Part shown: piece after piece, positions 10,927 through 20,438 of the stretch | Position numbering within the stretch: position 1 is the first letter of the stretch | Layout: the number at the start of each line of letters is the position of its first letter | Assembly (NCBI GenBank): GCA_900544965.1 | Contig: UQXE01000002.1 | Location: forward strand, 15,385 to 79,384 | DNA: 64,000 nt | Source of the DNA: an uncultured Eubacteriales bacterium | Lineage (GTDB): Bacteria > Bacillota > Clostridia > Christensenellales > CAG-138 | Direction of reading: 5' to 3' | The notes under the pieces: generated by a model | What the model was told of the DNA's origin: nothing | The model's input: the letters and a program-made list of their open reading frames with translations, nothing else | Databases searched by the model: none | Program-made: the position numbers and the translations under genes

Positions 10927-11823
10927 ATGCCGGATTTTTTAAAGTTGTTGGATAGTCTCAGCGGCTTGAGCGTTAAAACAGATGTTCGCATGAGGGAATA
11001 TACCTCGTTTAAAATTGGGGGCCAAGCACCTGTTATGGTGGAGCCGAGGTCTGCTGCTGAGGTCCTAAAGATTCTGTCCATTGCCCGAAAATGCGGGTTG
11101 CCCATTTTTATAATGGGCAACGGATCAAACCTTTTAGTGAGCGACGAGGGCGTGAACGCAGTCGTAATGCGTATATGCGGAAGCATGAGCGGAATCAAAG
11201 TTGACGGAACACAAGTATATGCGGGTTCTGGCGTTCTTTTGAGTTCGCTGGCAAAGCAAACGGTTGAAGCCGGCCTTTCGGGGCTGGAGTGGGCCGCGGG
11301 CATACCTGGTACCGTCGGAGGCGCGATTGCGATGAACGCGGGGGCATACGGCGGCGACATAGGTTCGGTGGTTAAAAGAATTGACGCGGTGCATGGCGGG
11401 AGGATTTTAGCCGTCAGAGCCGCGGAGTCGGATTTCGGATACCGCCGGAGCAGATTTTCACCGCCTGAATGGATAGTTTGCGGATCCGTATTGAACCTTA
11501 AAAAGGACGATGGAATGGCTGCCGCTAAAATGGCTGAATATATGGATATGAGGCGCAAAAAGCAGCCCCTTTCCTATCCCAGCGCCGGAAGCGCGTTTAA
11601 GCGGCCCAAGGGGGAATATGCGGGGGCGCTGATTGAAAAGGCGGGGTTAAAGGGCGAAACGGTTGGCGGTGCGCGGGTAAGCGAGCTTCACGCGGGGTTT
11701 ATAATAAATACAGGGGGCGCGACGAGCGCGGATGTGCGCTCATTAATTAAAATAATTCAGGAGCGGGTTTACGATATGTCCGGTATTATGCTGGAGCCGG
11801 AGATAAAGTTTGTTGGAGGATGA
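10927..11823 (+). CDS. murB: UDP-N-acetylenolpyruvoylglucosamine reductase
   Basis: MurB motifs are present (YTSFKIGG, GNGSNLL, GIPGTVGGA..MNAGAYG, SAGS.FK.P). I prefer the ATG at 10927 (AAGGAG upstream) to the ORF-track start at 10897. Confidence 0.9.
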   Translation: MPDFLKLLDSLSGLSVKTDVRMREYTSFKIGGQAPVMVEPRSAAEVLKILSIARKCGLPIFIMGNGSNLLVSDEGVNAVVMRICGSMSGIKVDGTQVYAGSGVLLSSLAKQTVEAGLSGLEWAAGIPGTVGGAIAMNAGAYGGDIGSVVKRIDAVHGGRILAVRAAESDFGYRRSRFSPPEWIVCGSVLNLKKDDGMAAAKMAEYMDMRRKKQPLSYPSAGSAFKRPKGEYAGALIEKAGLKGETVGGARVSELHAGFIINTGGATSADVRSLIKIIQERVYDMSGIMLEPEIKFVGG

Positions 11824-11824
11824 T

Positions 11825-12703
11825 ATGCATATTATAATCGTCACCGGTCTTTCAGGGGCGGGTAAATCCAATGTTTTAAGGGTTCTTGAGGATCTTAGCT
11901 ATTACTGCGTTGACAACCTTCCCGTGGAGCTTATGCCGGATTTTGTAAAGCTATGCAAAAGAGCGGAACCAACCATAGATAAGGCCGCGCTTGTTATTGA
12001 CAGCCGGGAAAGCGTATTCAGAAGCGACTTGGAGCTGGGATTTGCGGCTCTTGACGCTATGGAGCAAAAATATGAGATACTGTTTTTGGAATGCAGGGAT
12101 GATGTGTTGGAGCGGCGTTACAGCGAAACACGGCGTCGCCATCCAATGAGTTCCAACATAATCGAAGGCATATCTATTGAAAGGGAACTGCTGCAGTCGC
12201 TGCGCGAACGGGCGAACTATGTAATAGACACCAGCGATTTGAGACCATATGAGCTTCACCGCTATATAGAGAGTATGCGCCTTGGCGACAGCCAGCACCC
12301 GTTTATGCTTGTCATATCAAGCTTTGGATACAAAAGAGGCGTTCCGATGGAAGCGGATATTGTAATGGACATGAGGTTTACAAAAAATCCGTTTTATGAA
12401 TCGGGGCTGCGCAGTCTCTCCGGAATGGACGAGCCTGTGCGCGAGTATGTGCTTCGCGATCCGGCTGTAATGGATATTATAAACAATCTGGAGTGGATGC
12501 TTGATAATCTGATACCCAAGTATATAGAGCAGGGCAAGCACAGGCTTATGGTTGCCTTTGGGTGCACCGGCGGCCGGCATAGATCGGTATGCGCCGCATA
12601 TGAACTGTATACAAGGATGAAGGATAAGCATCACTGCATATTGGCCCATAGGGATCAGGGGAGAGAGGACAGGGATATCAGCGAAAGATTCGTTAACCGC
12701 TGA
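11825..12703 (+). CDS. rapZ: RNase adapter / nucleotide-binding protein RapZ (YvcJ)
   Basis: Walker A (IIIVTGLSGAGKS), DNLP, and C-terminal GCTGGRHRSV. The ATG at 11825 is 1 nt after the murB stop, with GGAGGA upstream. Confidence 0.9.
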   Translation: MHIIIVTGLSGAGKSNVLRVLEDLSYYCVDNLPVELMPDFVKLCKRAEPTIDKAALVIDSRESVFRSDLELGFAALDAMEQKYEILFLECRDDVLERRYSETRRRHPMSSNIIEGISIERELLQSLRERANYVIDTSDLRPYELHRYIESMRLGDSQHPFMLVISSFGYKRGVPMEADIVMDMRFTKNPFYESGLRSLSGMDEPVREYVLRDPAVMDIINNLEWMLDNLIPKYIEQGKHRLMVAFGCTGGRHRSVCAAYELYTRMKDKHHCILAHRDQGREDRDISERFVNR

Positions 12704-12743
12704 TTTATCTATTCTTTGCCACTATGCAATCGCGGAGGGGAAA

Positions 12744-13688
12744 ATGTCATTTTCGCTTACAGTAAAGGATGAGATAGTGTCTCATAAGCTGCGCGGGGAG
12801 GAGGTTGGCGAGTTTGAACTTGCGGCCCTCACCGGTACTGCTGGAAGCATACTCATAAGCCGGGGAGAACGGTATATAGAGTACACGACGGAAAGCTACA
12901 CCGTTGGGAGGCATATAGCAAGGCTTGCGCATTCGCTCCATGATATCGAATCCTCCGTAGCCGTTATGGAACGTGAAGGAAGAAAATCCAGGAGCACGGT
13001 TGTCAGGATAACGGGCAAGGGCTGCGAAGGAATGCTCTACGCTTCAGGTATGCTGTCAAGCACTGTAAACGGAATATCCATGGGCAGTGGGATGGATTGG
13101 AAGCTGCTTGATACCCCTGGGAAAAAGCGCGCGTTTTTAAGGGGGGCTTTTCTTGGTTCAGGCTCTATAAGTGATCCTAGCCGGTCATACCATATGGAAA
13201 TCGTTTGCAGGACAGAGCGTCTGGCCCAGGGCATAATGGATCTGCTGTCGGAATTCGGGCTCAATGCCAAACGGTTCGAACGCAAGGCCAGCCAGGTTGT
13301 ATATATTAAGGATGGTGATATGATATGCGGCTTCCTAGCCCTGCTGGGCGCTTCTGAAGCCGCGCTCAGGATAGAGGATGCAAGGATGCTTAAAAATGCG
13401 CGCAACGACGCTATAAGGATCACAAACTATGAAACCGCAAATATGCAGAAGACGGCAAAGGCGGCTGCGGCTCAGATTATAAATATAGAATTGATAGCCG
13501 CGCGGATTGGAATAAAAGCCTTGCCCCAGCCGCTGTTTGAAGTGGCCGAGGCTAGGCTTAACAATCCCGAGGCCACGCTGTCACAGCTTGCTCAAATGCT
13601 TGGCCTGGGTAAGTCGTGCGTAAATTCACGTCTGAAAAAAATATCTGATATAGCGCAGGATATTGAAACAGGCACGGCTGATTTGTGA
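12744..13688 (+). CDS. whiA: DNA-binding sporulation/cell-division regulator WhiA
   Basis: 314 aa. MSFS..VK.E start, a LAGLIDADG-like middle (RGAFLGSGSISDP) and a C-terminal HTH (LSQLAQMLGLGKSCVNSRLKKI). Confidence 0.9.
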   Translation: MSFSLTVKDEIVSHKLRGEEVGEFELAALTGTAGSILISRGERYIEYTTESYTVGRHIARLAHSLHDIESSVAVMEREGRKSRSTVVRITGKGCEGMLYASGMLSSTVNGISMGSGMDWKLLDTPGKKRAFLRGAFLGSGSISDPSRSYHMEIVCRTERLAQGIMDLLSEFGLNAKRFERKASQVVYIKDGDMICGFLALLGASEAALRIEDARMLKNARNDAIRITNYETANMQKTAKAAAAQIINIELIAARIGIKALPQPLFEVAEARLNNPEATLSQLAQMLGLGKSCVNSRLKKISDIAQDIETGTADL

Positions 13689-13717
13689 GCCATAGGAAAC
13701 AGGATGGGAGGATTAAG

Positions 13718-16700
13718 ATGACCGATTTTGTACACCTGCATGTACATACTCAATACAGTCTGCTGGATGGAGCCGCACGCATAACCGACCTGGTAGCGAG
13801 AGCTAAGGCGCTTAATATGGATGCGCTTGCTATAACGGATCATGGAGCAATGTATGGAGTTATAGATTTCTATAAGGTATGCGTAAGTGCCGGAATAAAG
13901 CCGATTATAGGTATGGAGGCATATGTGGCCCCGCGCTCAATGGAGGAAAAGCAGGGGACGAGGGAGTACGCCCATCTTGTTTTGCTTGCGAAAAACGATA
14001 TAGGGTACCATAATCTTATGATGCTTTCATCGCAGGCCTTTCTCAAAGGGTTTTATTATAAGCCTCGGATTGATTATGACATTTTGGAAGAACACAGCGA
14101 AGGACTTGTCTGCCTTTCAGCGTGTTTAGCGGGCGATATACCTGCAATGCTGCTTGAAGGGCGCGACGACGAGGCGAGGGCGCTAGCAAAACGCCTTAAG
14201 GCCATGTTTGGTGAAGATTTCTATATAGAGCTGCAGAATCATGGGCTTAAAGAACAGCTTGAGGTTCTCCCGAAGCTGAACGGCCTCGCAAAGGAGCTTT
14301 ATATTAAAACCGTAGCCACGAATGATATACATTATGTTGATAAGGCCGATGCGGAAGCGCAGGATATCCTGCTGTGCATACAGACAAACCGCTTTGTTGA
14401 CGATGAAAACAGGATGCGGATGAGCGCCGACGAGTTTTACCTAAAATCCGGCGATGAGATGAAAAAGGCGCTTTTTGATTACCAGGACGCGATATTTAAC
14501 ACCCGCGAGATAGCGGATAAGTGTAATGTTGAGATTAAGTTTGGTGAAAGACATCTTCCCGAATTCAAGGCGCCTGGCGGCGTGGATAATGAGACCTATT
14601 TAAGAGAGCTTTGCCTTGACGGCATAAAAAGAAGGGTGCCGGACGCCGACAAGGATGTATACGACCGTGTAAAATACGAGCTTGACATGATCGTCTCAAT
14701 GGGGTTTGTTGATTATTTTCTGATTGTAAAGGACTTCATAGATTTTGCAAGGGCAAATGATATAGTGGTTGGGCCTGGGCGCGGAAGCGGGGCCGGAAGC
14801 ATGGTTGCGTACTGTCTGGGGATTACAGGCATTGACTCGATAAAATACGGTCTTCCGTTTGAGCGTTTTTTGAACCCTGAGCGCATATCTATGCCGGATA
14901 TAGACGTGGATTTCTGCTTTGAACGAAGGCAGGAGGTTATAGATTATGTCGCAAAGAAATACGGCAAGGATCACGTCGCCCAGATTATAACCTTTGGAAC
15001 GCTTGCCGCCCGCGCTGCGGTTAAGGACGTAGGCAGGGCGCTTAGAATGCCCTATGCCGAGGTGGATCGCATTGCAAAGCTGATTCCCGGGGAGCTTAAT
15101 ATGACGCTCGACCATGCCATGGAGGTTTCACATGAGCTAAGGGCGCAGTATGAGGCCGACGCGAAGCTAAGGAAGCTGATAGACCTTTCAAAAAAGCTTG
15201 AGGGCCTTCAGCGGCACGCTTCAACGCACGCGGCGGGGGTTGTCATAGCGGCTAAGCCAGTATCGGACTATGTGCCTCTCCAGAAGAACGACGAGGCCAT
15301 CACTACACAGTTTTCCATGAACACGATTGAGGAGCTGGGCCTTCTAAAAATCGACTTTTTGGGCTTAAGGACGCTAACCGTTATACGTGACGCGTTAAAA
15401 TACATTGAGCAGGGCGGCAAGCCGGTTCCTGATCTTGAAGGGCTCAAATATGACGATCAATCTATCTATGACATGATCTCAAGGGGCGATACGGACGGCG
15501 TGTTCCAGCTTGAATCCGGAGGCATGCGGCGGTTCCTTACGCAGCTGAGGCCGGATTGTCTAGAGGACCTGATGGCAGGCGTTTCGCTCTATCGCCCTGG
15601 CCCAATGAAGCAAATACCGCGCTACGTTGAGGGAAAGCATGATCCTTCGAAGGTTAAATACCTGCATCCCATACTGAAACCTATCCTTCAAAATACATAC
15701 GGCTGCATGGTATATCAGGACCAGGTAATGCGTATAGTCCGAGACGTTGCGGGATATTCGATGGGCAGAAGCGACCTTGTACGAAGGGCTATGTCAAAAA
15801 AGAAGCATGATGTAATGGCTAAGGAGCGGCATAACTTTATATATGGCATTGAGGACGACGGTGTTCCAGGCGCTTTGAAAAATGGCGTAAATGAGTCAAC
15901 GGCAAGCCATATATTTGACGAAATGATGGATTTCGCGTCATATGCGTTCAACAAATCCCATGCCGCCCCATATGCGGTGCTTGCCTACAGAACCGCATAT
16001 TTAAAGCTGTATTATCCCGTTGAGTATATGACAGCGCTGGTCAACAGTTTTCTTGGCAACGCCGACAAAATCGCTCAGTACATATACAGCATAAAACAGA
16101 TGGGGATCAAGGTGCTGCCTCCCGATATAAACCGGAGCCAAGCAAGGTTTTCAGTAGAAGGCGGCGCGATAAGGTTTGGCTTGGCGGCAGTGCGCAATGT
16201 GGGGGAGAAGGCAATAGACGAACTAATTGAGGAGAGAAGCACAAGCGGGAATTTCTTGGATTTTTACGATGTCGTCAAACGTGCGCCAAGCATCAACAAG
16301 CGGATGGCCGAGGCCCTTATCAAGGTTGGCGCCTTCGATTTTTCAGGAGCAAGGCGTTCACAGCTGGTATCGGCATACGAGGAAATAATGGATTCAGCTT
16401 CAAACGACAGAAAGCGGCGCGAAACCGGCCAAATGTCGCTGTTTGATATGGCTATAATGGCTGCCGATGCCAATCCATATCGGGAACTGCCGGACATCGG
16501 CGAATTTCAGCGAAGGGTTATTCTCTCAATGGAAAAGGAAATGGCAGGGGTATATATATCGGGCCATCCCTTGGAAGAATTCAAGCCCGAGCTGGACAGG
16601 CTTGGGATAACCGCATCACAGCTGGCGGAACAGGATGAAACCGGCTCAACGGCAGTCGAGGATGGTTCACATGTGCGTATCGGCGGCATTATAACATCAA

Positions 16701-17155
16701 TCAGACGCAAACCGACGCGCAGCGGCAACGGCCTTATGGGATATGGAATGCTGGAGGATATGACGGGTACTATTGAGATAGTTGCGTTTCCTTCCGTATT
16801 GGAAAAATACGACATACAACTTGTGCAGGATAATATCGTATGCATATCAGGACGCTTTAACGCCAGGGATGAAAAGGGCAACAGCATATTGATTGAGGAA
16901 ATTACGCCGTTGGTAAAGACGAGCGAAACGATAAAGCTGTACCTGCGGTTTGATTGTCAGGATACCGATTTAAAGCGGCGGGTAATAGACGTATTGTCCA
17001 GGTTTCCGGGCAATATACCCGTTATTCTGTACGACGTTGGCACAAAAAAACAGTCCATAGCTCCAAAGGAGAGATATGTAAATATAACGGATGGATTTAT
17101 GGAAATGATGGAAAGCATGCTTGGCGATGGCAATGTGAAGTTGGTCAAAAGATAG
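13718..17155 (+). CDS. dnaE: DNA polymerase III alpha subunit (DnaE type)
   Basis: N-terminal PHP domain (FVHLHVHTQYSLLDG, AITDHG), polymerase core (PDIDVDF, HAAGVVI) and an OB fold. The ATG at 13718 has GGGAGG upstream and is preferred to the GTG at 13685. Confidence 0.93.
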   Translation: MTDFVHLHVHTQYSLLDGAARITDLVARAKALNMDALAITDHGAMYGVIDFYKVCVSAGIKPIIGMEAYVAPRSMEEKQGTREYAHLVLLAKNDIGYHNLMMLSSQAFLKGFYYKPRIDYDILEEHSEGLVCLSACLAGDIPAMLLEGRDDEARALAKRLKAMFGEDFYIELQNHGLKEQLEVLPKLNGLAKELYIKTVATNDIHYVDKADAEAQDILLCIQTNRFVDDENRMRMSADEFYLKSGDEMKKALFDYQDAIFNTREIADKCNVEIKFGERHLPEFKAPGGVDNETYLRELCLDGIKRRVPDADKDVYDRVKYELDMIVSMGFVDYFLIVKDFIDFARANDIVVGPGRGSGAGSMVAYCLGITGIDSIKYGLPFERFLNPERISMPDIDVDFCFERRQEVIDYVAKKYGKDHVAQIITFGTLAARAAVKDVGRALRMPYAEVDRIAKLIPGELNMTLDHAMEVSHELRAQYEADAKLRKLIDLSKKLEGLQRHASTHAAGVVIAAKPVSDYVPLQKNDEAITTQFSMNTIEELGLLKIDFLGLRTLTVIRDALKYIEQGGKPVPDLEGLKYDDQSIYDMISRGDTDGVFQLESGGMRRFLTQLRPDCLEDLMAGVSLYRPGPMKQIPRYVEGKHDPSKVKYLHPILKPILQNTYGCMVYQDQVMRIVRDVAGYSMGRSDLVRRAMSKKKHDVMAKERHNFIYGIEDDGVPGALKNGVNESTASHIFDEMMDFASYAFNKSHAAPYAVLAYRTAYLKLYYPVEYMTALVNSFLGNADKIAQYIYSIKQMGIKVLPPDINRSQARFSVEGGAIRFGLAAVRNVGEKAIDELIEERSTSGNFLDFYDVVKRAPSINKRMAEALIKVGAFDFSGARRSQLVSAYEEIMDSASNDRKRRETGQMSLFDMAIMAADANPYRELPDIGEFQRRVILSMEKEMAGVYISGHPLEEFKPELDRLGITASQLAEQDETGSTAVEDGSHVRIGGIITSIRRKPTRSGNGLMGYGMLEDMTGTIEIVAFPSVLEKYDIQLVQDNIVCISGRFNARDEKGNSILIEEITPLVKTSETIKLYLRFDCQDTDLKRRVIDVLSRFPGNIPVILYDVGTKKQSIAPKERYVNITDGFMEMMESMLGDGNVKLVKR

Positions 17156-17205
17156 CGCGTGTGATATAATTAAAAATATTTTTAGCTTTATCAGGAGTGT
17201 ATATG

Positions 17206-18171
17206 ATGAAACGTATCGGCGTGCTTACAAGCGGAGGCGATACTCCAGGGATGAATTCCGCCATAAGAGCGGTATTTAAGGAGGGGGCTGGCAGAGGATA
17301 TACGGTAATGGGAGTACTGCACGGCTTTAAAGGACTCTTAGAAGGCCGTATAAAGCAGCTTTCCTATGAGGACGTCGAAAATGTAATGCACAAGGGCGGA
17401 ACCGTGTTAAGAACTGCCCGCAGCAGCGAGTTTATGGCTGAAGGCGGCATTGAGCGGGCCGTAAACATGGCGCGTGCCTATGGTATTAATGGTATAATCG
17501 TAATAGGGGGAGATGGCAGCTTTAAAGGCGCGAAGCTTCTTAACGATTGCGGGGTGCCGACTGTGGGTCTTCCAGGAACCATTGACAATGATATGGGATA
17601 TACAGATTTCACAATAGGCTTTGATACGGCTGTAAACAATATTACAACTGAGATATATAAGATTAGAGATACCATGCGTGCTCACGACCGTGTGGGCGTA
17701 ATTGAGGTTATGGGCAGAAATTGCGGGGATATTGCACTTTGGGCGGGCGTCGCGGGAGGGGCTGACCTGATACTCGTTCCAGAACACCCCATGCCATGGG
17801 AGCTTGCGGCAAAGCGGCTTTCCGACAACAAACTCAGGGGGAAGCTGACCTGTATAGTGATAATCGCGGAAGGCGCGGGAAAGGCTGAGGATTTTGCCAA
17901 ATATGTAAAGGATAATACGGATGTTGAGATAAAGGCCATAGTGCCTGGATACATTCAGCGCGGGGGAAACCCGACTGCGTTTGACCGCGTACTTGCGTCG
18001 AGGCTTGGCCAGCGAGCTGTGGAGCTTCTGGCGGAGGGAAAAGCGGGCAGGGCGGTTGGAATAAGGCATAACAAAATTATAGATGTAACGCTGGATGAGT
18101 CTATAAAGCGCGGCGACTGCTTTGATAAAAAGTTATATGATTTCAATAATGATGTTTTATCAAGATTTTGA
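17206..18171 (+). CDS. pfkA: ATP-dependent 6-phosphofructokinase
   Basis: MKRIGVLTSGGD.PGMN, GGDGS, PGTIDND, MGR.CGD, QRGG. Start is at ATG 17203 or 17206 after AGGAG. Confidence 0.93.
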   Translation: MKRIGVLTSGGDTPGMNSAIRAVFKEGAGRGYTVMGVLHGFKGLLEGRIKQLSYEDVENVMHKGGTVLRTARSSEFMAEGGIERAVNMARAYGINGIIVIGGDGSFKGAKLLNDCGVPTVGLPGTIDNDMGYTDFTIGFDTAVNNITTEIYKIRDTMRAHDRVGVIEVMGRNCGDIALWAGVAGGADLILVPEHPMPWELAAKRLSDNKLRGKLTCIVIIAEGAGKAEDFAKYVKDNTDVEIKAIVPGYIQRGGNPTAFDRVLASRLGQRAVELLAEGKAGRAVGIRHNKIIDVTLDESIKRGDCFDKKLYDFNNDVLSRF

Positions 18172-18195
18172 TCTGGAAGGAAGATTTGATAATAT

Positions 18196-19569
18196 ATGAA
18201 TCTTGCGCCCCCATTGAAGAAAAACGATAATATAACCCTTCAAATAGATAATCTAGGCTCGGAGGGGCAGGGGATTGGCCGCTATAACGGCTTTGCTGTG
18301 TTTGTTCCTTATGCCCTGCCGGGAGAGATAGTTGAAGCACATATAATTAAGGTTGCGAAAAACTATGCAATAGGCAAGCTTATCAGCATTACATCCACCA
18401 GCCCAAACCGCGTTGAGCCTCAATGTAGTGCGTTTTTAAAATGCGGGGGATGCGCTCTTCAGCATCTGGAGTATGAAGAGCAGCTTGAGTTCAAACGCCG
18501 TCAGGTGGCGGACGCCCTTGAAAGGATTGGAGGGTTCGTTGGAATTCATGTCGAGAAAACCTTGGGAATGCCCGAACCGAAACGGTACAGAAACAAGGCC
18601 AGCTTTCCGTTTGCGGAAACGGAGAACGGAGTTGAGCTTGGATTCTATGCAATAAACAGCCATAGACTAATACCGGTTGACGATTGTATGATCCAGGGCA
18701 AGGAGTGTATGTCCGCCATGCGTATTGTCCGCATCTGGGCAAACAAATACAGCATACCGGCATATGATGAACGTACAGGTAATGGTATACTGAGAAACCT
18801 GATGGTGCGTACTACAGGCTTGGGAGAAATCATGGTAACAGTTGTCACAAGCGGGGAGCTTCCTCATGCTGACGATCTTGTTTCAATGCTAAGGGAAGGC
18901 GTATCCGACCTAAAAGCTGTAGTGCATAATATCAACCCTCAAAACACCAATGTAATTTTAGGCGCTCAGTATAAAACGATTTGGGGAAGCGGGTATGTTA
19001 CAGAGCATATATGCGGATTGCGCTTTGATGTCAGTGCGGCGTCCTTTTTACAGGTAAATACTGCTCAGACGGAACTATTATATCAAAGTGTTATGAAATT
19101 GCTAAATATACGTCAGGATGAAACCGTGCTCGACATATACTGCGGCATCGGAACAATAACTTTGCTGGCGGCCAAAAGGGCGGAAAAAGTAATAGGAATT
19201 GAGGAGGTATCGCAGGCAGTTGAGGATGCGGTACGAAACGCGCGGAAAAATGCAATCGATAACGCTATGTTCATATGTGACAGCGCCGAAGATGTCCTTC
19301 CTACATTGGTTGCCCAGGGCGTTTCGGCGGACTGCATAATTTTGGACCCCCCGCGTAAAGGGTGCCATGAATCGGTTTTGAGGGCCATAGCCCAATCATA
19401 CGCAAAGCGGATTGCGTATGTATCGTGCAATCCCGCTACATTAGCCCGCGATTGCAAAACGCTTACTGCTATGGGGTATGAGATTAAATGCGTACAGCCA
19501 GTTGATATGTTTTGTGAAACAGCGCATGTGGAAACGGTAGTTCTGTTAACGCAGAAACAACAAGCGTAA
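18196..19569 (+). CDS. rlmD: 23S rRNA (uracil-C5)-methyltransferase RlmD/RumA family
   Basis: 457 aa. N-terminal TRAM domain, a Cys cluster (C..FLKCGGCALQH), a SAM site (DIYCGIGT), the catalytic region (DPPRKG, YVSCNPATLARD) and the family-typical C-terminal HVETVVLL. Confidence 0.88.
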   Translation: MNLAPPLKKNDNITLQIDNLGSEGQGIGRYNGFAVFVPYALPGEIVEAHIIKVAKNYAIGKLISITSTSPNRVEPQCSAFLKCGGCALQHLEYEEQLEFKRRQVADALERIGGFVGIHVEKTLGMPEPKRYRNKASFPFAETENGVELGFYAINSHRLIPVDDCMIQGKECMSAMRIVRIWANKYSIPAYDERTGNGILRNLMVRTTGLGEIMVTVVTSGELPHADDLVSMLREGVSDLKAVVHNINPQNTNVILGAQYKTIWGSGYVTEHICGLRFDVSAASFLQVNTAQTELLYQSVMKLLNIRQDETVLDIYCGIGTITLLAAKRAEKVIGIEEVSQAVEDAVRNARKNAIDNAMFICDSAEDVLPTLVAQGVSADCIILDPPRKGCHESVLRAIAQSYAKRIAYVSCNPATLARDCKTLTAMGYEIKCVQPVDMFCETAHVETVVLLTQKQQA

Positions 19570-19576
19570 GGAGAGA

Positions 19577-20335
19577 ATGATGTTCACAGAAAAGGAACGC
19601 ATTTTAGCGAATGAGGCGGCACTAACGGCATCTCTGCTGGGCAATGGATTGAATTCACTTCGTCGGGCAGATATGTATAATAAAGGACTTTATTATCAGG
19701 CGTTTTTCTCTTTGTCCATCGGAATAGAGAGACTGCTGAAAATTATTGTTGTGAGCCGGTATCGATGTGAGCATGACGGAGAATTTCCGGCCAACATTAA
19801 TTTGAGAAAGTTCGGACATGATTTATTGAAGCTTTGCGAATATGTGGAAATAAAATTTGATATGGACTCTGTACATTTGCACATTTTATCATTTTTAAAT
19901 GAGTTTGCAAAAAAAAACAGATATTATAATATAGACAGCATGCTAGATATGAGTATTCACTATATTGATCCGCTAAAAGAATGGGACTCCATCGCTGAAA
20001 CAATAGTTCAATTATCAAACAAGAAGAAGTCTATTCAAAACAGGGAAGTATTATCCAATATGTTGGATTCAGTGGCAGACATCCATTTTTACGATTTGCG
20101 TGGAAATGAAATTACAAGTTCTAGTCAAATACTCGACGAACTGGAGGTGCGAGAGGTGACACAATCTTATTCGGTTCAGTATGTCTTCCAAATCATTACT
20201 AAATTGATTGAACAAATAAGAAAACTGGAACGCAAGAAGTATTTAATGCCGGTTTTATCAGAATTTTTCCCCTTATATCACAGTTATTGGAGGCCTTTTG
20301 AAATCAGGCGTAAAAAGGATTGGTGTCGCATTTAA
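19577..20335 (+). CDS. hypothetical protein, predicted all-alpha, HEPN-like signature
   Basis: 252-aa ORF whose AAGGAGAG RBS overlaps the rlmD stop. Visibly AT-richer than its flanks. Helix-rich N-terminal part with E51-R52 and R77-K-F-G-H81-D-L-L-K-L, which resembles HEPN R-x(n)-H/GHDL helices. No confident family assignment. Confidence 0.55.
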   Translation: MMFTEKERILANEAALTASLLGNGLNSLRRADMYNKGLYYQAFFSLSIGIERLLKIIVVSRYRCEHDGEFPANINLRKFGHDLLKLCEYVEIKFDMDSVHLHILSFLNEFAKKNRYYNIDSMLDMSIHYIDPLKEWDSIAETIVQLSNKKKSIQNREVLSNMLDSVADIHFYDLRGNEITSSSQILDELEVREVTQSYSVQYVFQIITKLIEQIRKLERKKYLMPVLSEFFPLYHSYWRPFEIRRKKDWCRI

Positions 20336-20363
20336 AAAACAGACCCGTTTCAGTCCAAGCTGC

Positions 20364-20438
20364 GCTTTTCAGGAATCACACTCAACACAGGTTGAAAGTA
20401 TCGTATTGTTATCCTACAAATCACTCAATAGTATATAA
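20364..20438 (+). pseudogene. possible relic of an rlmD/rumA 3' end
   Basis: One frame reads AFQESHSTQVESIVLLSYK...stop. The intact rlmD C-terminus is MFCETAHVETVVLLTQK. There is no upstream ORF, so this would be a fragment only. Confidence 0.35.

Noticed and set aside
13685-13717. GTG at 13685 as the dnaE start, overlapping the whiA stop.
   Set aside because: The ATG at 13718 is preceded by GGGAGG at proper spacing and begins the conserved PHP-domain N-terminus (MTDFVHLHVHT).
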